Positions 19,890-28,484 of a DNA stretch of 64,000 bases are shown in pieces (the stretch's first letter is position 1; the number at the start of each line of letters is the position of its first letter). The position numbers were made by a program, and so were the translations under genes. Below the pieces are notes generated by a model. The model saw only the letters and a list, made by a program, of their open reading frames with translations. It did no database searches and was not told where the DNA came from. Source of the stretch: an uncultured Candidatus Saccharibacteria bacterium. GTDB lineage: Bacteria; Patescibacteriota; Minisyncoccia; Phycocordibacterales; UBA12088. The stretch is from contig CAYPBQ010000003.1 of the NCBI GenBank assembly GCA_964409035.1, forward strand, positions 105,530-169,529. The letters run 5' to 3'.

Positions 19890-20792
19890 ATGTATTTGGT
19901 TTTTGATATTGGTGGTACCAAAATGCGCCTCGCGCTTTCGCGTGACCTTACTACATTTGTAAGTAGCCCGTACATAATTGATACCCCAACGTTGTATGCT
20001 GATGCGATACAAGCCATACAAACATTCCTTGTTAAAGAAGAAGAACATATATCTGGAGATGCAATACTCGCAGTAGCAGGAGGTATTGCAGGAACACTTG
20101 CGCCAGATAAGCTGTCGCTAATAGAAACTACAAATATAGGAATGGATTGGGTAGGTAAGCCGCTTGCAAATGATATTGCATCGATTGTTGGTATTGATGT
20201 GGCAAATGTATATCTTGAAAATGATTGCGCTATAGTTGGACTTGGCGAGCTTTATATTGGGGCAGGGAGTGGATACGCAAAGGAGAATAATACCATTGCA
20301 TATGTGACGGTATCTACAGGAGTTGGTGGAGCGCTTTTTACTGATGGAAGGATTAACGAGTCGATACCTTTTTTAATTAATCGGGTTACGCTTATGAGCG
20401 CCCATGAGATGTGTCCTGCTTGTGTGGCGGTTTCAGGAAGAGACGCCATTGATATTGAATCAATGATTTCAGGTACTGCGGTAGAAGCAAGAGAAAAGAA
20501 AAAGCCGTATGAAGTGCCGCAAGATGATTTGCTGTGGGACACCCTTGCGGGGTACCTCTCTCATGGGCTTGTTGAGATGGTTAGTGTATGGAATCCATCG
20601 ATTATCATCCTGGGCGGCTCTATGATGGTGGGTAACCCTAAAATTCTTATGGAGGACGTGGTGACGCACTTTAGTGCCCTATGTAATGAGCGCGGGCTAT
20701 CAACAACAGAACTATGCCTAGCTACACTAGATAGTCGTGGGGGGCTGTACGGTGGATTAGTCTACCTTGAGCAAAAAATACAGAAGGTGTAA
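19890..20792 (+). CDS. ROK family sugar kinase (glucokinase-like)
   Basis: FDIGGTK, LENDC, VTVSTGVGGA. Confidence 0.85.
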   Translation: MYLVFDIGGTKMRLALSRDLTTFVSSPYIIDTPTLYADAIQAIQTFLVKEEEHISGDAILAVAGGIAGTLAPDKLSLIETTNIGMDWVGKPLANDIASIVGIDVANVYLENDCAIVGLGELYIGAGSGYAKENNTIAYVTVSTGVGGALFTDGRINESIPFLINRVTLMSAHEMCPACVAVSGRDAIDIESMISGTAVEAREKKKPYEVPQDDLLWDTLAGYLSHGLVEMVSVWNPSIIILGGSMMVGNPKILMEDVVTHFSALCNERGLSTTELCLATLDSRGGLYGGLVYLEQKIQKV

Positions 20793-20807
20793 AATATAAA
20801 CAATAAT

Positions 20808-20924
20808 ATGGTACATAAAGCTCAGAAGGTGCGTTGGTATGAGAACAAGCAAAACGTTGCCCTTGTGCTTGGCTTCATCAGTACAATGATTACATTTCTT
20901 AATTTCCTAGTTGATATAGAATAG
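20808..20924 (+). CDS. 38-aa single-TM peptide
   Basis: MVHKAQKVRWYENKQNVALVLGFISTMITFLNFLVDIE directly after the ROK gene. Confidence 0.4.
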   Translation: MVHKAQKVRWYENKQNVALVLGFISTMITFLNFLVDIE

Positions 20925-20981
20925 CCCAAAATGGCTCACATAGTAGCTTTTCTGCTGTCAAGTGATTACAACTATTGGCAC

Positions 20982-21010
20982 TTGACTCAATAACAAAACA
21001 GTTTTATAAT
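20982..21010 (+). promoter_or_regulatory. Sigma70-type promoter
   Basis: TTGACT-17 nt-TATAAT. Confidence 0.75.
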
Positions 21011-21087
21011 GTAAACATCTCGAGGTAACCCCCCGAGATTTTTGCTTTTTTATTCGGCTAATATATAGGCTTATAATCTTACTTCCA

Positions 21088-21477
21088 TTGTTGTTTCTCG
21101 CTATCTCGACGTTTAATCAGCCTTCAGTGCTTGCTGCACCTACGGATGTGTTTGCCGCAGATGGTGATAACGAACGAGTAGAAGAGATCACGAGAGCGTA
21201 TTTTAGCGATGTGCCAGTAATGGCAGAAATAGCGTGGTGTGAATCTAAGTTTAAGCAATTTGATGAGCGTGTAGGAGGTGTAGAGCGTGGTGACGTAACT
21301 AGTGAAGATGTGGGAGTTATGCAGGTTAATGAATACTTCCACAAAGACGTAGCAGATAAACTCGGACTAGATCTTCATACACTTGGCGGAAATCTTCTAT
21401 ATGCTCGTTACTTGTACGAGAAAGAGGGGACAAAGCCTTGGAACTCATCAAAGCACTGTTGGAAAAATAGAATCTAA
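21088..21477 (+). CDS. Exported lysozyme-fold / lytic transglycosylase-like protein
   Basis: IAWCES (catalytic Glu), GVMQVN, NLLYARYLY, PW...C; start uncertain. Confidence 0.75.
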   Translation: MLFLAISTFNQPSVLAAPTDVFAADGDNERVEEITRAYFSDVPVMAEIAWCESKFKQFDERVGGVERGDVTSEDVGVMQVNEYFHKDVADKLGLDLHTLGGNLLYARYLYEKEGTKPWNSSKHCWKNRI

Positions 21478-21522
21478 TAAAACAACACACCCGTCATACG
21501 TATGACGGGTGTGTTGTTTTAT
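21477..21522. repeat. Perfect 46-bp palindrome, probable bidirectional terminator
   Basis: ataaaacaacacacccgtcatac|gtatgacgggtgtgttgttttat between convergent stops. Confidence 0.8.
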
Positions 21523-21980
21523 AGGGTTATCTCATTGTTGGTAGGCGTCGCCGGCACTATCGGTTGTGGTGGTGTGCGCCGCATACGATAGTCAACACTT
21601 ATTCTTCCTGGTCCATGCCCCATGATGTAGCAGAGTCCACCAAGTATGGCGATGTTTTTAAACAAAGAGGTATCACTAAATGAATTATGAACAAATAGTA
21701 TTGTAAGGATGGTAAACAGTGCGAGTAATGATGCGCCTATGTGGGTTAGTAACCCTGCAACTAGGAGTGAGCCACAAATAATCTCGATTCCAATGACTAC
21801 ATAGGTAAGTAGGAGTGGATACGGCAAAGAGAGGGAAGTAACTGTGCTTACGACGCTCTCAATCATGTATAGCTTTGCGATTCCTGAAAATAAAAATAAA
21901 GAGCCGATACTTATCCTTCCAATAAGGATATACAGCGTCTCGCATATGCTACAACGGTAGTGTCTGGGCGTGGTGTTCAT
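21519..21980 (-). CDS. DoxX family membrane protein
   Basis: GRISIGSLFLFSG, EIICG, KNIAILGG, GPGRISVD; start reassigned to MNTTP. Confidence 0.85.
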   Translation of the reverse strand: MNTTPRHYRCSICETLYILIGRISIGSLFLFSGIAKLYMIESVVSTVTSLSLPYPLLLTYVVIGIEIICGSLLVAGLLTHIGASLLALFTILTILFVHNSFSDTSLFKNIAILGGLCYIMGHGPGRISVDYRMRRTPPQPIVPATPTNNEITL

Positions 21981-22007
21981 GCATAAAGTATATCGTATGC
22001 TGTGTGT

Positions 22008-22035
22008 TTGACACCAGGAATTGGGGGAGTATACT
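22008..22035 (+). promoter_or_regulatory. Sigma70-type promoter of putative sRNA
   Basis: TTGACA-16 nt-TATACT. Confidence 0.65.
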
Positions 22036-22039
22036 AATT

Positions 22040-22198
22040 GTGTCGAAGGTCGCGACCCTTCGGCACGTTGATGGCGTTCCCTCCTAGGGGCGGTGCGGGT
22101 GGGGGCGTATTTTTCCCCCATATTCCGAACCGGGTATAGTGACCCGCACCGCCCTTCAGGGCACAACGAGTCCTCCGAAATGGGGGACTCTTTTCTTT
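22040..22198 (+). ncRNA. Putative structured small RNA A (family unknown)
   Basis: 10-bp 5' hairpin, 15-bp stem 22086-22100/22142-22156 enclosing two hairpins, terminator gagtcctcc/gggggactc followed by a T-run. Confidence 0.65.
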
Positions 22199-22272
22199 AT
22201 ATAAAATATAAAATAGAGACAAATCAAAAAAAGTAAGGTATAGTCATAACGGCAACTAGAAAGGAGCATAGT

Positions 22273-22495
22273 ATGGATTATGAAGTAACTCTTCCGGAGA
22301 CTGTAATCTTCACAATTGCAAGGATGACATTGGTCGTACTTGCATTTGCCTTCGTTATAAAGCAAATACCAACATAAAAACATCAACAAATTTGCCGCAC
22401 CAATGATCTGCATGATCACATGGAGCGGTATTTTTTTGATTAAAAGAAGCATGGAAGCATGTGTGGGGACGAATAGCAACGCACAAAACATCTAA
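22273..22495 (+). pseudogene. Frameshifted small two-TM protein gene
   Basis: SD AGAAAGGAG then MDYEVTLP...LAFAFVI; a second hydrophobic segment continues in the +1 frame. Confidence 0.3.
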
Positions 22496-22504
22496 TAAAA
22501 AATG

Positions 22505-22534
22505 AACCCTGCAAGCGTTTTGGCTTGCAGGGTT
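22505..22534. terminator. Hairpin / terminator
   Basis: aaccctgcaagc-gttttg-gcttgcagggtt. Confidence 0.65.
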
Positions 22535-22550
22535 GTGACTGCCTGTTTGA

Positions 22551-22943
22551 CTAGCAGTCCGCGTAGGCGATCGGTCCGGCCTGGCACTGAATCTGCACCA
22601 GCATCGGTTCCGCCGGTGGCTTTCCCACCACGCCCTTGCAGCAGTTGAAGAAGGTGAGCTCCAGGCCGTGGCAGAAGTGCTTCGACGCGAGGGAACGGAG
22701 CGCGTCACCGGCGTGGATGCGAGTGAGTTGCTTGCCTATATCCGATGCCGGATCTTCGAGCCAGTCGGCGCGTCCGCCGTTGTTCTTGGCCTCGTGCGCC
22801 TTGCTGTGAAGCAAGGCGAGAGCCGGACCGAGATCGCGACGCATGGCTTCCACAAGAACAGACTCTTGCTGCTCTGCGGAGAGCACACCGTGGAGGTTGA
22901 TGCCCATTTCTTGGGCGACCGCAGTAATGGACGGTAGAGACAT
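22551..22943 (-). CDS. Small Cys/His-containing hypothetical protein
   Basis: 130 aa, SD AGGAG, GC-rich codons, HFCHG, FNCCKG, QCQ and terminal ADC. Confidence 0.8.
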   Translation of the reverse strand: MSLPSITAVAQEMGINLHGVLSAEQQESVLVEAMRRDLGPALALLHSKAHEAKNNGGRADWLEDPASDIGKQLTRIHAGDALRSLASKHFCHGLELTFFNCCKGVVGKPPAEPMLVQIQCQAGPIAYADC

Positions 22944-23033
22944 AAGAACTCCTGTTTCGAATGAGCTATTACTGAGCGCACCATGCGACCAGCGTTTAAT
23001 CCTGCTTTGAAGCAGAACTAAACGCCGGCAACA

Positions 23034-23708
23034 CTAGGCGACAGCCGCAAAGATTGCCTCAACTGCACGAGCTGTATCAGCCTCCATGCCCGCGACTTTG
23101 TTATCAACGATGATGTGAGCGATGTTAGCAATCTCTAATTCCTTTTTTATTTGCTCTGCAACACGAGCGCTATTCACGGTCGGCTCACGCACTATGACAG
23201 CCAAGTCGACACCCGAGAGGATTCCTGTGGCAACTGGGTCAGTGCCGGCACGCTCATCTATCACAACCGCCTCCAAAGGATTAAGAGCAAGAAGCGGAAG
23301 ATAGACCTTGAGTGGGGCAGTAAGCGAATGACTACATGCTTCTTGCGAACGAACACGATCAGTATGTGGGCCAGCAGTCATGATGCGAAGGCTGTCACTC
23401 AATTTCACTGACACACTTGCGGTGTACTCATCCACAGGCTTAATAGTGAAGGTGACACCGTTTCTCTTTGCAACGCGTAGAGCTTCAAGATACGTATCTT
23501 CACGCTTAGAACCAACGTACCCCTTGATGTGCTCAGGATCACTACCAAGAAAATTGGAAGGCTCTGCACCTAGGTTGTAAGATAAGTCCATGTTGTGGTC
23601 GGCGTCGATAGCGAGTACATGCACATGGCGCGAGCAAAGCTCTCTGACAAATGCAGTAGCTATCGTTGACTTACCTGAACCACCCTTGCCGAGAAATGCT
23701 ATTTTCAT
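23034..23708 (-). CDS. CooC-like (MinD/ParA superfamily) ATPase
   Basis: MKIAFLGKGGSGKST, IDADHNMDL, ACSH, IDERAG, VREPT; start reassigned to 23708. Confidence 0.8.
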   Translation of the reverse strand: MKIAFLGKGGSGKSTIATAFVRELCSRHVHVLAIDADHNMDLSYNLGAEPSNFLGSDPEHIKGYVGSKREDTYLEALRVAKRNGVTFTIKPVDEYTASVSVKLSDSLRIMTAGPHTDRVRSQEACSHSLTAPLKVYLPLLALNPLEAVVIDERAGTDPVATGILSGVDLAVIVREPTVNSARVAEQIKKELEIANIAHIIVDNKVAGMEADTARAVEAIFAAVA

Positions 23709-23788
23709 ATACAAGTTGGGGTAAGACAAAGGGTGATTTTGGCACCGATGGTGGCAGCGAATGTAATAACTACTGTCATATTGGCATA

Positions 23789-23848
23789 CGCAACTTTGTT
23801 GCATTTAGAACTGTACACGATATAAGTCATAATTGCAACTTATTTGCA
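23789..23848. promoter_or_regulatory. Two 15-bp imperfect palindromes, putative Fur-family operators
   Basis: cgcaactttgttgca (23789-23803) and tgcaacttatttgca (23834-23848) in the divergent promoter region. Confidence 0.55.
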
Positions 23849-23870
23849 TTTATATTAGAATAACTACGTT

Positions 23871-24299
23871 ATGAAAATTCACGAGCCAGACTTCAAGGCA
23901 CTCCTAAACAAAATAGGCCATAAGGCTACGTCAGGACGCATTCTATTGCTCCGCACGCTATGGGAAGAAAGCAAACCTATATCCGTAGATGACCTTCAGA
24001 AAAGAATGAAAGGGAAGTCTGACAAAGTAACTCTATACCGTAGTCTTGAATCATTTGTTAAGTCAGGCGTCGTTCGATCACTAGACTTTCGCCATGGGCA
24101 CATCTATTACGAGCTAGATGTTTTACGTGACCATCATCACCATATTGTCTGCACAATCTGCGGATCGGTGGAAGATGTTAAGGTTTGCGATTCAGAAAAT
24201 CTTGAAAAAAGTGTCCTTACAAAATCGAGAAAGTTCAGAGTCATAAAGAGCCACGCACTCGAGTTCTTCGGGGAGTGTACTAACTGCTTTAAAGTGTAG
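23871..24299 (+). CDS. Fur-family metalloregulator (Zur/Mur/Nur-like)
   Basis: VTLYRSL, HHHHIVCTICG, GECTNC. Confidence 0.92.
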   Translation: MKIHEPDFKALLNKIGHKATSGRILLLRTLWEESKPISVDDLQKRMKGKSDKVTLYRSLESFVKSGVVRSLDFRHGHIYYELDVLRDHHHHIVCTICGSVEDVKVCDSENLEKSVLTKSRKFRVIKSHALEFFGECTNCFKV

Positions 24300-24613
24300 T
24301 ATCTAAAATGCCGCGCTATCTGAATGTCAGGCACTCTTCATGATGGGGAACCCACAGGATACTTGATATATAAGATTCTATAGCGTCGCACAATATATCT
24401 TTTCCGTCATTAAAATCGAATCATTTATACATAATGCCGATTCAAAATACCTATCCTAGCTAATGCGTATCCCGCACATCTAGGTTTGTATTACTACAAA
24501 GTGTCTAAGGTGTAGTACGGACTATGGCGAGTCACTTTAATGTACTGCTTCATCTCCCCTCAAATTACAACAAGGAAAAATCAATTACAATAAATAAGAA
24601 ACTAGTCTAGGTA

Positions 24614-26014
24614 TTACATCAAGAAATCCAATGGATTGAGATAGGCGTTGTGGGCTGCTACAGGTATAATCGCTCCACCTTTTGAGCATGCGGTAGTTGG
24701 AGCGACTCCGCTCTTTTTGTACCAATCGCCGAGGTTCATTACCTGTACGCCCTTGGTCGCAAATACGCTGTAATGTAGATGAGGGCCTGTTGAGTAGCCT
24801 GTATTACCAGAGTATCCAACAATGCCTCCATTATCAACTGCTTGTCCTGGGTTAACGCTAATGACTGAAAGGTGCGCGTACAAAGTTGAGAGTCCATTTT
24901 GATGCTCTACCAAAACCCACTTACCGTAGCTGTAGCAACCACGGATTGAATCAGTGTTGCCGGTGGCAGTAACTCTGCCTGATAGTGATGATCGAATCTT
25001 TGTCCCAAGTGGAGCTCTAAAGTCTATTCCATTATGCCCCTTGCCACTGTAGGCGCCGCTCTTTGCAAAGGATGTATTACCAAATAATTGCGTAATGCAA
25101 AAACTATTTTTTAGTAATTTTTCAAAGGATGCACAACCACTCATATAGTCTGGAGAAAATGGCCAACTAAGTGCTCCACTACCTGATGCAGGAATTGAGC
25201 TAGGGTCCAAGATAAATTTAAGCTCGCTTTCGAGTGCGACTATTTCAGCTTCTAGCTTGTCATAGGCGTCCTTTTTTTCTTTAAGGAGCGCTTGGTACTT
25301 AGACTCTTGATTTTGTGTTACAGAAAGTATGCTGGTTTTTTCTTTCCGTGCTACATCAAGCACTGATTTTTCGTCAGAGAGTTGTCGTTTTAGTCCTGTA
25401 AGCTCCTGTGCCTTTTCTTCCTCTTCAAGTCGAATATCTTTAAGGCTTTGGGTAAGTGTCATCAGTTCCCTCACGTGTTCGCGAACGGCGCCTTCAAATT
25501 GCTGAATAGAATCTTCTTGCTCCCAAAATTCGATTAGATTATCGTGCTTAAGTAGTGCTTCTAGGAGTGATTCATCAGAGAGACGGTCTATCTTTCTAAT
25601 TGATTCTGATACCGCATTTCTGTCCATGATTATTTGACCCATCTTATTCTCAATTTGTTTTGAGAGTGACTGGATCTCTGATTGCGTTTTTCCTATGTTG
25701 CTTTCTGTGTAGCGTATTTCTGTGGTGATTTTATTTCGTGAAATGTCTAGCGTCTTTACAGAATTTTGCAATGTCTGTTTTGCTTTACCAACTTCTACAA
25801 GCTGAGTCTCGTACTGTTTAATTTCTGCTTCAAGCTCCTTTAACTTAGCGCTAGTATTCTCGATTTTTGACTTAATTTCCTCAGCTTCTTTTGGAAGTGT
25901 TGATTCTGAGGTGACAGCTTCTTCCGTGGTATTGCTTTGCGCAAAGAGTGTCGTGCTATACGACATCATCATCACGGCTATAAGAAATATGACTAGGGAA
26001 TTGTGCGTTCTCAT
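24614..26014 (-). CDS. Coiled-coil M23 peptidase (EnvC/MepM-like)
   Basis: Signal peptide, long coiled coil, HNGID, YAHL, STGPHLH. Confidence 0.9.
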   Translation of the reverse strand: MRTHNSLVIFLIAVMMMSYSTTLFAQSNTTEEAVTSESTLPKEAEEIKSKIENTSAKLKELEAEIKQYETQLVEVGKAKQTLQNSVKTLDISRNKITTEIRYTESNIGKTQSEIQSLSKQIENKMGQIIMDRNAVSESIRKIDRLSDESLLEALLKHDNLIEFWEQEDSIQQFEGAVREHVRELMTLTQSLKDIRLEEEEKAQELTGLKRQLSDEKSVLDVARKEKTSILSVTQNQESKYQALLKEKKDAYDKLEAEIVALESELKFILDPSSIPASGSGALSWPFSPDYMSGCASFEKLLKNSFCITQLFGNTSFAKSGAYSGKGHNGIDFRAPLGTKIRSSLSGRVTATGNTDSIRGCYSYGKWVLVEHQNGLSTLYAHLSVISVNPGQAVDNGGIVGYSGNTGYSTGPHLHYSVFATKGVQVMNLGDWYKKSGVAPTTACSKGGAIIPVAAHNAYLNPLDFLM

Positions 26015-26016
26015 AG

Positions 26017-27351
26017 TTACGAAAGTTGTGAGATAGCATAGTCAATCCTCTTAATCGCTTCGTCCTTCCCTATTGCTTCAGTTATAGTAAACGGATCAGG
26101 GCTCTGCTCCTTACCTGATAGTGCGGTTCTCATTGGCCACAGCACATTACCCCGCCCCATTTCTGTTGCGTAGTCCCATATCGCGCTCTTAATTGTTTCT
26201 TTTGTATATGCAGATATATCCAAGTCCTCTAGTATTACTTTTACTTTGCCAAGATGTGTACGTGCAACTTCCCTTTCAATCTTTCCTTTCATGAGTAAAA
26301 TGCTTGGATCATATGTTGGTGCATCAGTATAGAAAGAAAATTCACCCGCCTCTTCCATTGTTGTTATAAGAGGGATACGAGTTACTCGCTCTAGTAGGTC
26401 TGTATACGCCGCGTTGCTTCTTTTAAGAACATCACAAAGTGCTTTGCTTGCATGCTTTTCAATATCTGAGAGGTTCTCTTCCTTTGAGCGTTTTGCGAGG
26501 TAGTGTGCATTGAACCAATTAAGTTTTTCTATATCAAATACTCCCGCTCCCTTTTGTAGACCCGATATGTCAAAACGAGCAATAAGCTCTTCAACTGAAA
26601 AGAATTCTTCATCGTTTTTTGGGCTCCATCCAAGCAGTGCAAGATAATTTATAATTGCCTCTTTTAGATAGCCCATGTCTCTGTATTCTGTAATTGCTAC
26701 TGCGCCATGGCGCTTAGATAGCTTGGTTTTGTCCGCAGCTAATATAAGTGAGAGGTGCGCGTATATGGGCCGAGGAAAGCCAAGTGCCTCTTGAATGAGT
26801 ATTTGTCGTGGTGTGTTTGCTATATGGTCATCTCCACGAATTACATGTGTGATTCCCATAAGGTAGTCATCAACCACAACCGTAAAGTGATATAGCGGAC
26901 TATCAATATCTCGGGCGATAACCATATCACCTAAGTCGGTAGTATCGACTGAAATATCACCTCGAACGGCATCGCTAAAGGTGAGTGTGGTATTGGTATT
27001 CCTAAGGCGTACCACCTCCACCATTTCTCCGGGATTCATTTTGCTTTCCTCCTTGGAGAGATATGCTTTATCTGATGCTATTAGCGTTTCAAGGTATGGC
27101 TTGTACAGATCATTTCGCTCTGATTGGCGATACGGGCCTTCGTAGCTTATACCAAGCCACGCAAGTGCTTCAATGATATTCTCCTCATACTCCTTTTTGC
27201 TGCGTTCTCGGTCGGTATCCTCTATGCGAAGCACGCAAGTCCCCTTTTGATGCATTGCAAAAAGGTAGTTAAACAAAAGAGTTCGGACGTTACCGATATG
27301 AAGAAGTCCTGTTGGACTTGGCGGCATTCTGGTTTTGGTAGTGGTACTCAT
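26017..27351 (-). CDS. gltX: Glutamate--tRNA ligase
   Basis: PSPTG.LHIGN, RIEDTD, IRGDDH, KLSKR. Confidence 0.95.
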   Translation of the reverse strand: MSTTTKTRMPPSPTGLLHIGNVRTLLFNYLFAMHQKGTCVLRIEDTDRERSKKEYEENIIEALAWLGISYEGPYRQSERNDLYKPYLETLIASDKAYLSKEESKMNPGEMVEVVRLRNTNTTLTFSDAVRGDISVDTTDLGDMVIARDIDSPLYHFTVVVDDYLMGITHVIRGDDHIANTPRQILIQEALGFPRPIYAHLSLILAADKTKLSKRHGAVAITEYRDMGYLKEAIINYLALLGWSPKNDEEFFSVEELIARFDISGLQKGAGVFDIEKLNWFNAHYLAKRSKEENLSDIEKHASKALCDVLKRSNAAYTDLLERVTRIPLITTMEEAGEFSFYTDAPTYDPSILLMKGKIEREVARTHLGKVKVILEDLDISAYTKETIKSAIWDYATEMGRGNVLWPMRTALSGKEQSPDPFTITEAIGKDEAIKRIDYAISQLS

Positions 27352-28484
27352 GCCTCGTGTTCTAGTGCAATGTCTATTAATTCATTCGCGATTTTATTAG
27401 CGGCATCTGGCTTTTGAAATTGCCGTGCAGATATCTTCATACTTGCTTGTATTTCGGTATGCTCGATAAGTCGAGCAAGTTCTGCAAGAAGTACATGTGG
27501 AGTAAGATTTCCTTGCTCTATTACCTCTGCAGCACCCGTTTTTGCGTAGGCGTATGCGTTTTTCCTTTGGTCACGACTTATATCCTCAGGTATTGGAACT
27601 AGTATTGCCGGTATTTCCCAAGAGGCAATCTCATAGATAGTACCTGATCCTGCTCGCGACACCACCACCGCTGCAATACCGGCTACCATTCTAAGTGCTA
27701 GCTCTCCAAGATATGCAAATGGCTTGTACCGAGCAGCATATTCATTATTCTCAAGTATCACTTTGGCAGCACCTGCTGTCTGGGCAAATAATGCCTCACC
27801 TGTTTGGTGGATAATTTGATACTTTGCTACAAGATCAGGTAATGCCTCAAGGATAACATCATTTATAGCTAGTGATCCTTGTGAGCCACCAATAATAAAT
27901 ATGGTGGGTATAGATGGATCAAGTCCAAGGTACTCACTCCCTCCCTCTCGTATAGGCTTCAAAATATCTTTACGAATTGGATTACCTACGAACGCGATTT
28001 TGTCCTTGTACTCCTTGAAGTAATCTATCGCCTCTGGGTACGAGATGCCTATTCGCACTGCGTATTTAGCAGAATACAAGTTAACCCTTCCTGGGACCGC
28101 GTCAGAGTCGTGAATAAATATTGGAATCCTAAGCATGCGCGCGGCAATAATTATAGGAAAGCTTACATACCCACCCTTACTAAACACCACATCAGGGTAA
28201 ATCTTAAAAAGGAGAAATGTAGACTTAATAATACCAGCAATTGTTTTTACGGAATCAAATATATTCCTAATAGAAAAATAGACTCTAACCTTACCAGCTG
28301 GTGAACGTCTAAATTGTATGTTCTTCTCAAAAAGAACCTTTTCATCGTATGGTGTGTCAGCTATGTAGTAGAGCTCGGGAGTGAGCAGGTTCCGTTTCTC
28401 AGAAATAGCCATTATTTCTTCAGCTACCGCGATAAGCGGATAGAAATGCCCACCTGTTCCTCCTCCGGTAAGTACTATTTTCAT
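27348..28484 (-). CDS. murG: MurG glycosyltransferase
   Basis: GGGTGGH, KGGYVS, GNPIR, GGSQG, SRAG. Confidence 0.95.
   Translation of the reverse strand: MKIVLTGGGTGGHFYPLIAVAEEIMAISEKRNLLTPELYYIADTPYDEKVLFEKNIQFRRSPAGKVRVYFSIRNIFDSVKTIAGIIKSTFLLFKIYPDVVFSKGGYVSFPIIIAARMLRIPIFIHDSDAVPGRVNLYSAKYAVRIGISYPEAIDYFKEYKDKIAFVGNPIRKDILKPIREGGSEYLGLDPSIPTIFIIGGSQGSLAINDVILEALPDLVAKYQIIHQTGEALFAQTAGAAKVILENNEYAARYKPFAYLGELALRMVAGIAAVVVSRAGSGTIYEIASWEIPAILVPIPEDISRDQRKNAYAYAKTGAAEVIEQGNLTPHVLLAELARLIEHTEIQASMKISARQFQKPDAANKIANELIDIALEHEA

Noticed and set aside
21981-22166. N-terminal extension of the DoxX ORF in the track
   Set aside because: It is the antisense of the structured RNA and its promoter; a -10 element sits 6 nt before the ATG at 21980
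22040-22198. tRNA, SRP RNA or riboswitch identity for RNA A (and likewise RNA B)
   Set aside because: No cloverleaf with a TTCGA loop and CCA end, no SRP GGAAGCAG motif, no recognisable aptamer; left as unknown family
24424-24451. dif-like site (minus strand GGTATTTTGAA-TCGGCA-TTATGTATAAA)
   Set aside because: The XerD arm matches E. coli dif at only 8 of 11 positions and the XerC arm is weak; it cannot be supported without GC-skew data
24300-24560. Possible decayed minus-strand gene with SD (MKQYIKVTRH...)
   Set aside because: Stops after 19 codons, multiple stops in the frames examined, no recognisable homology
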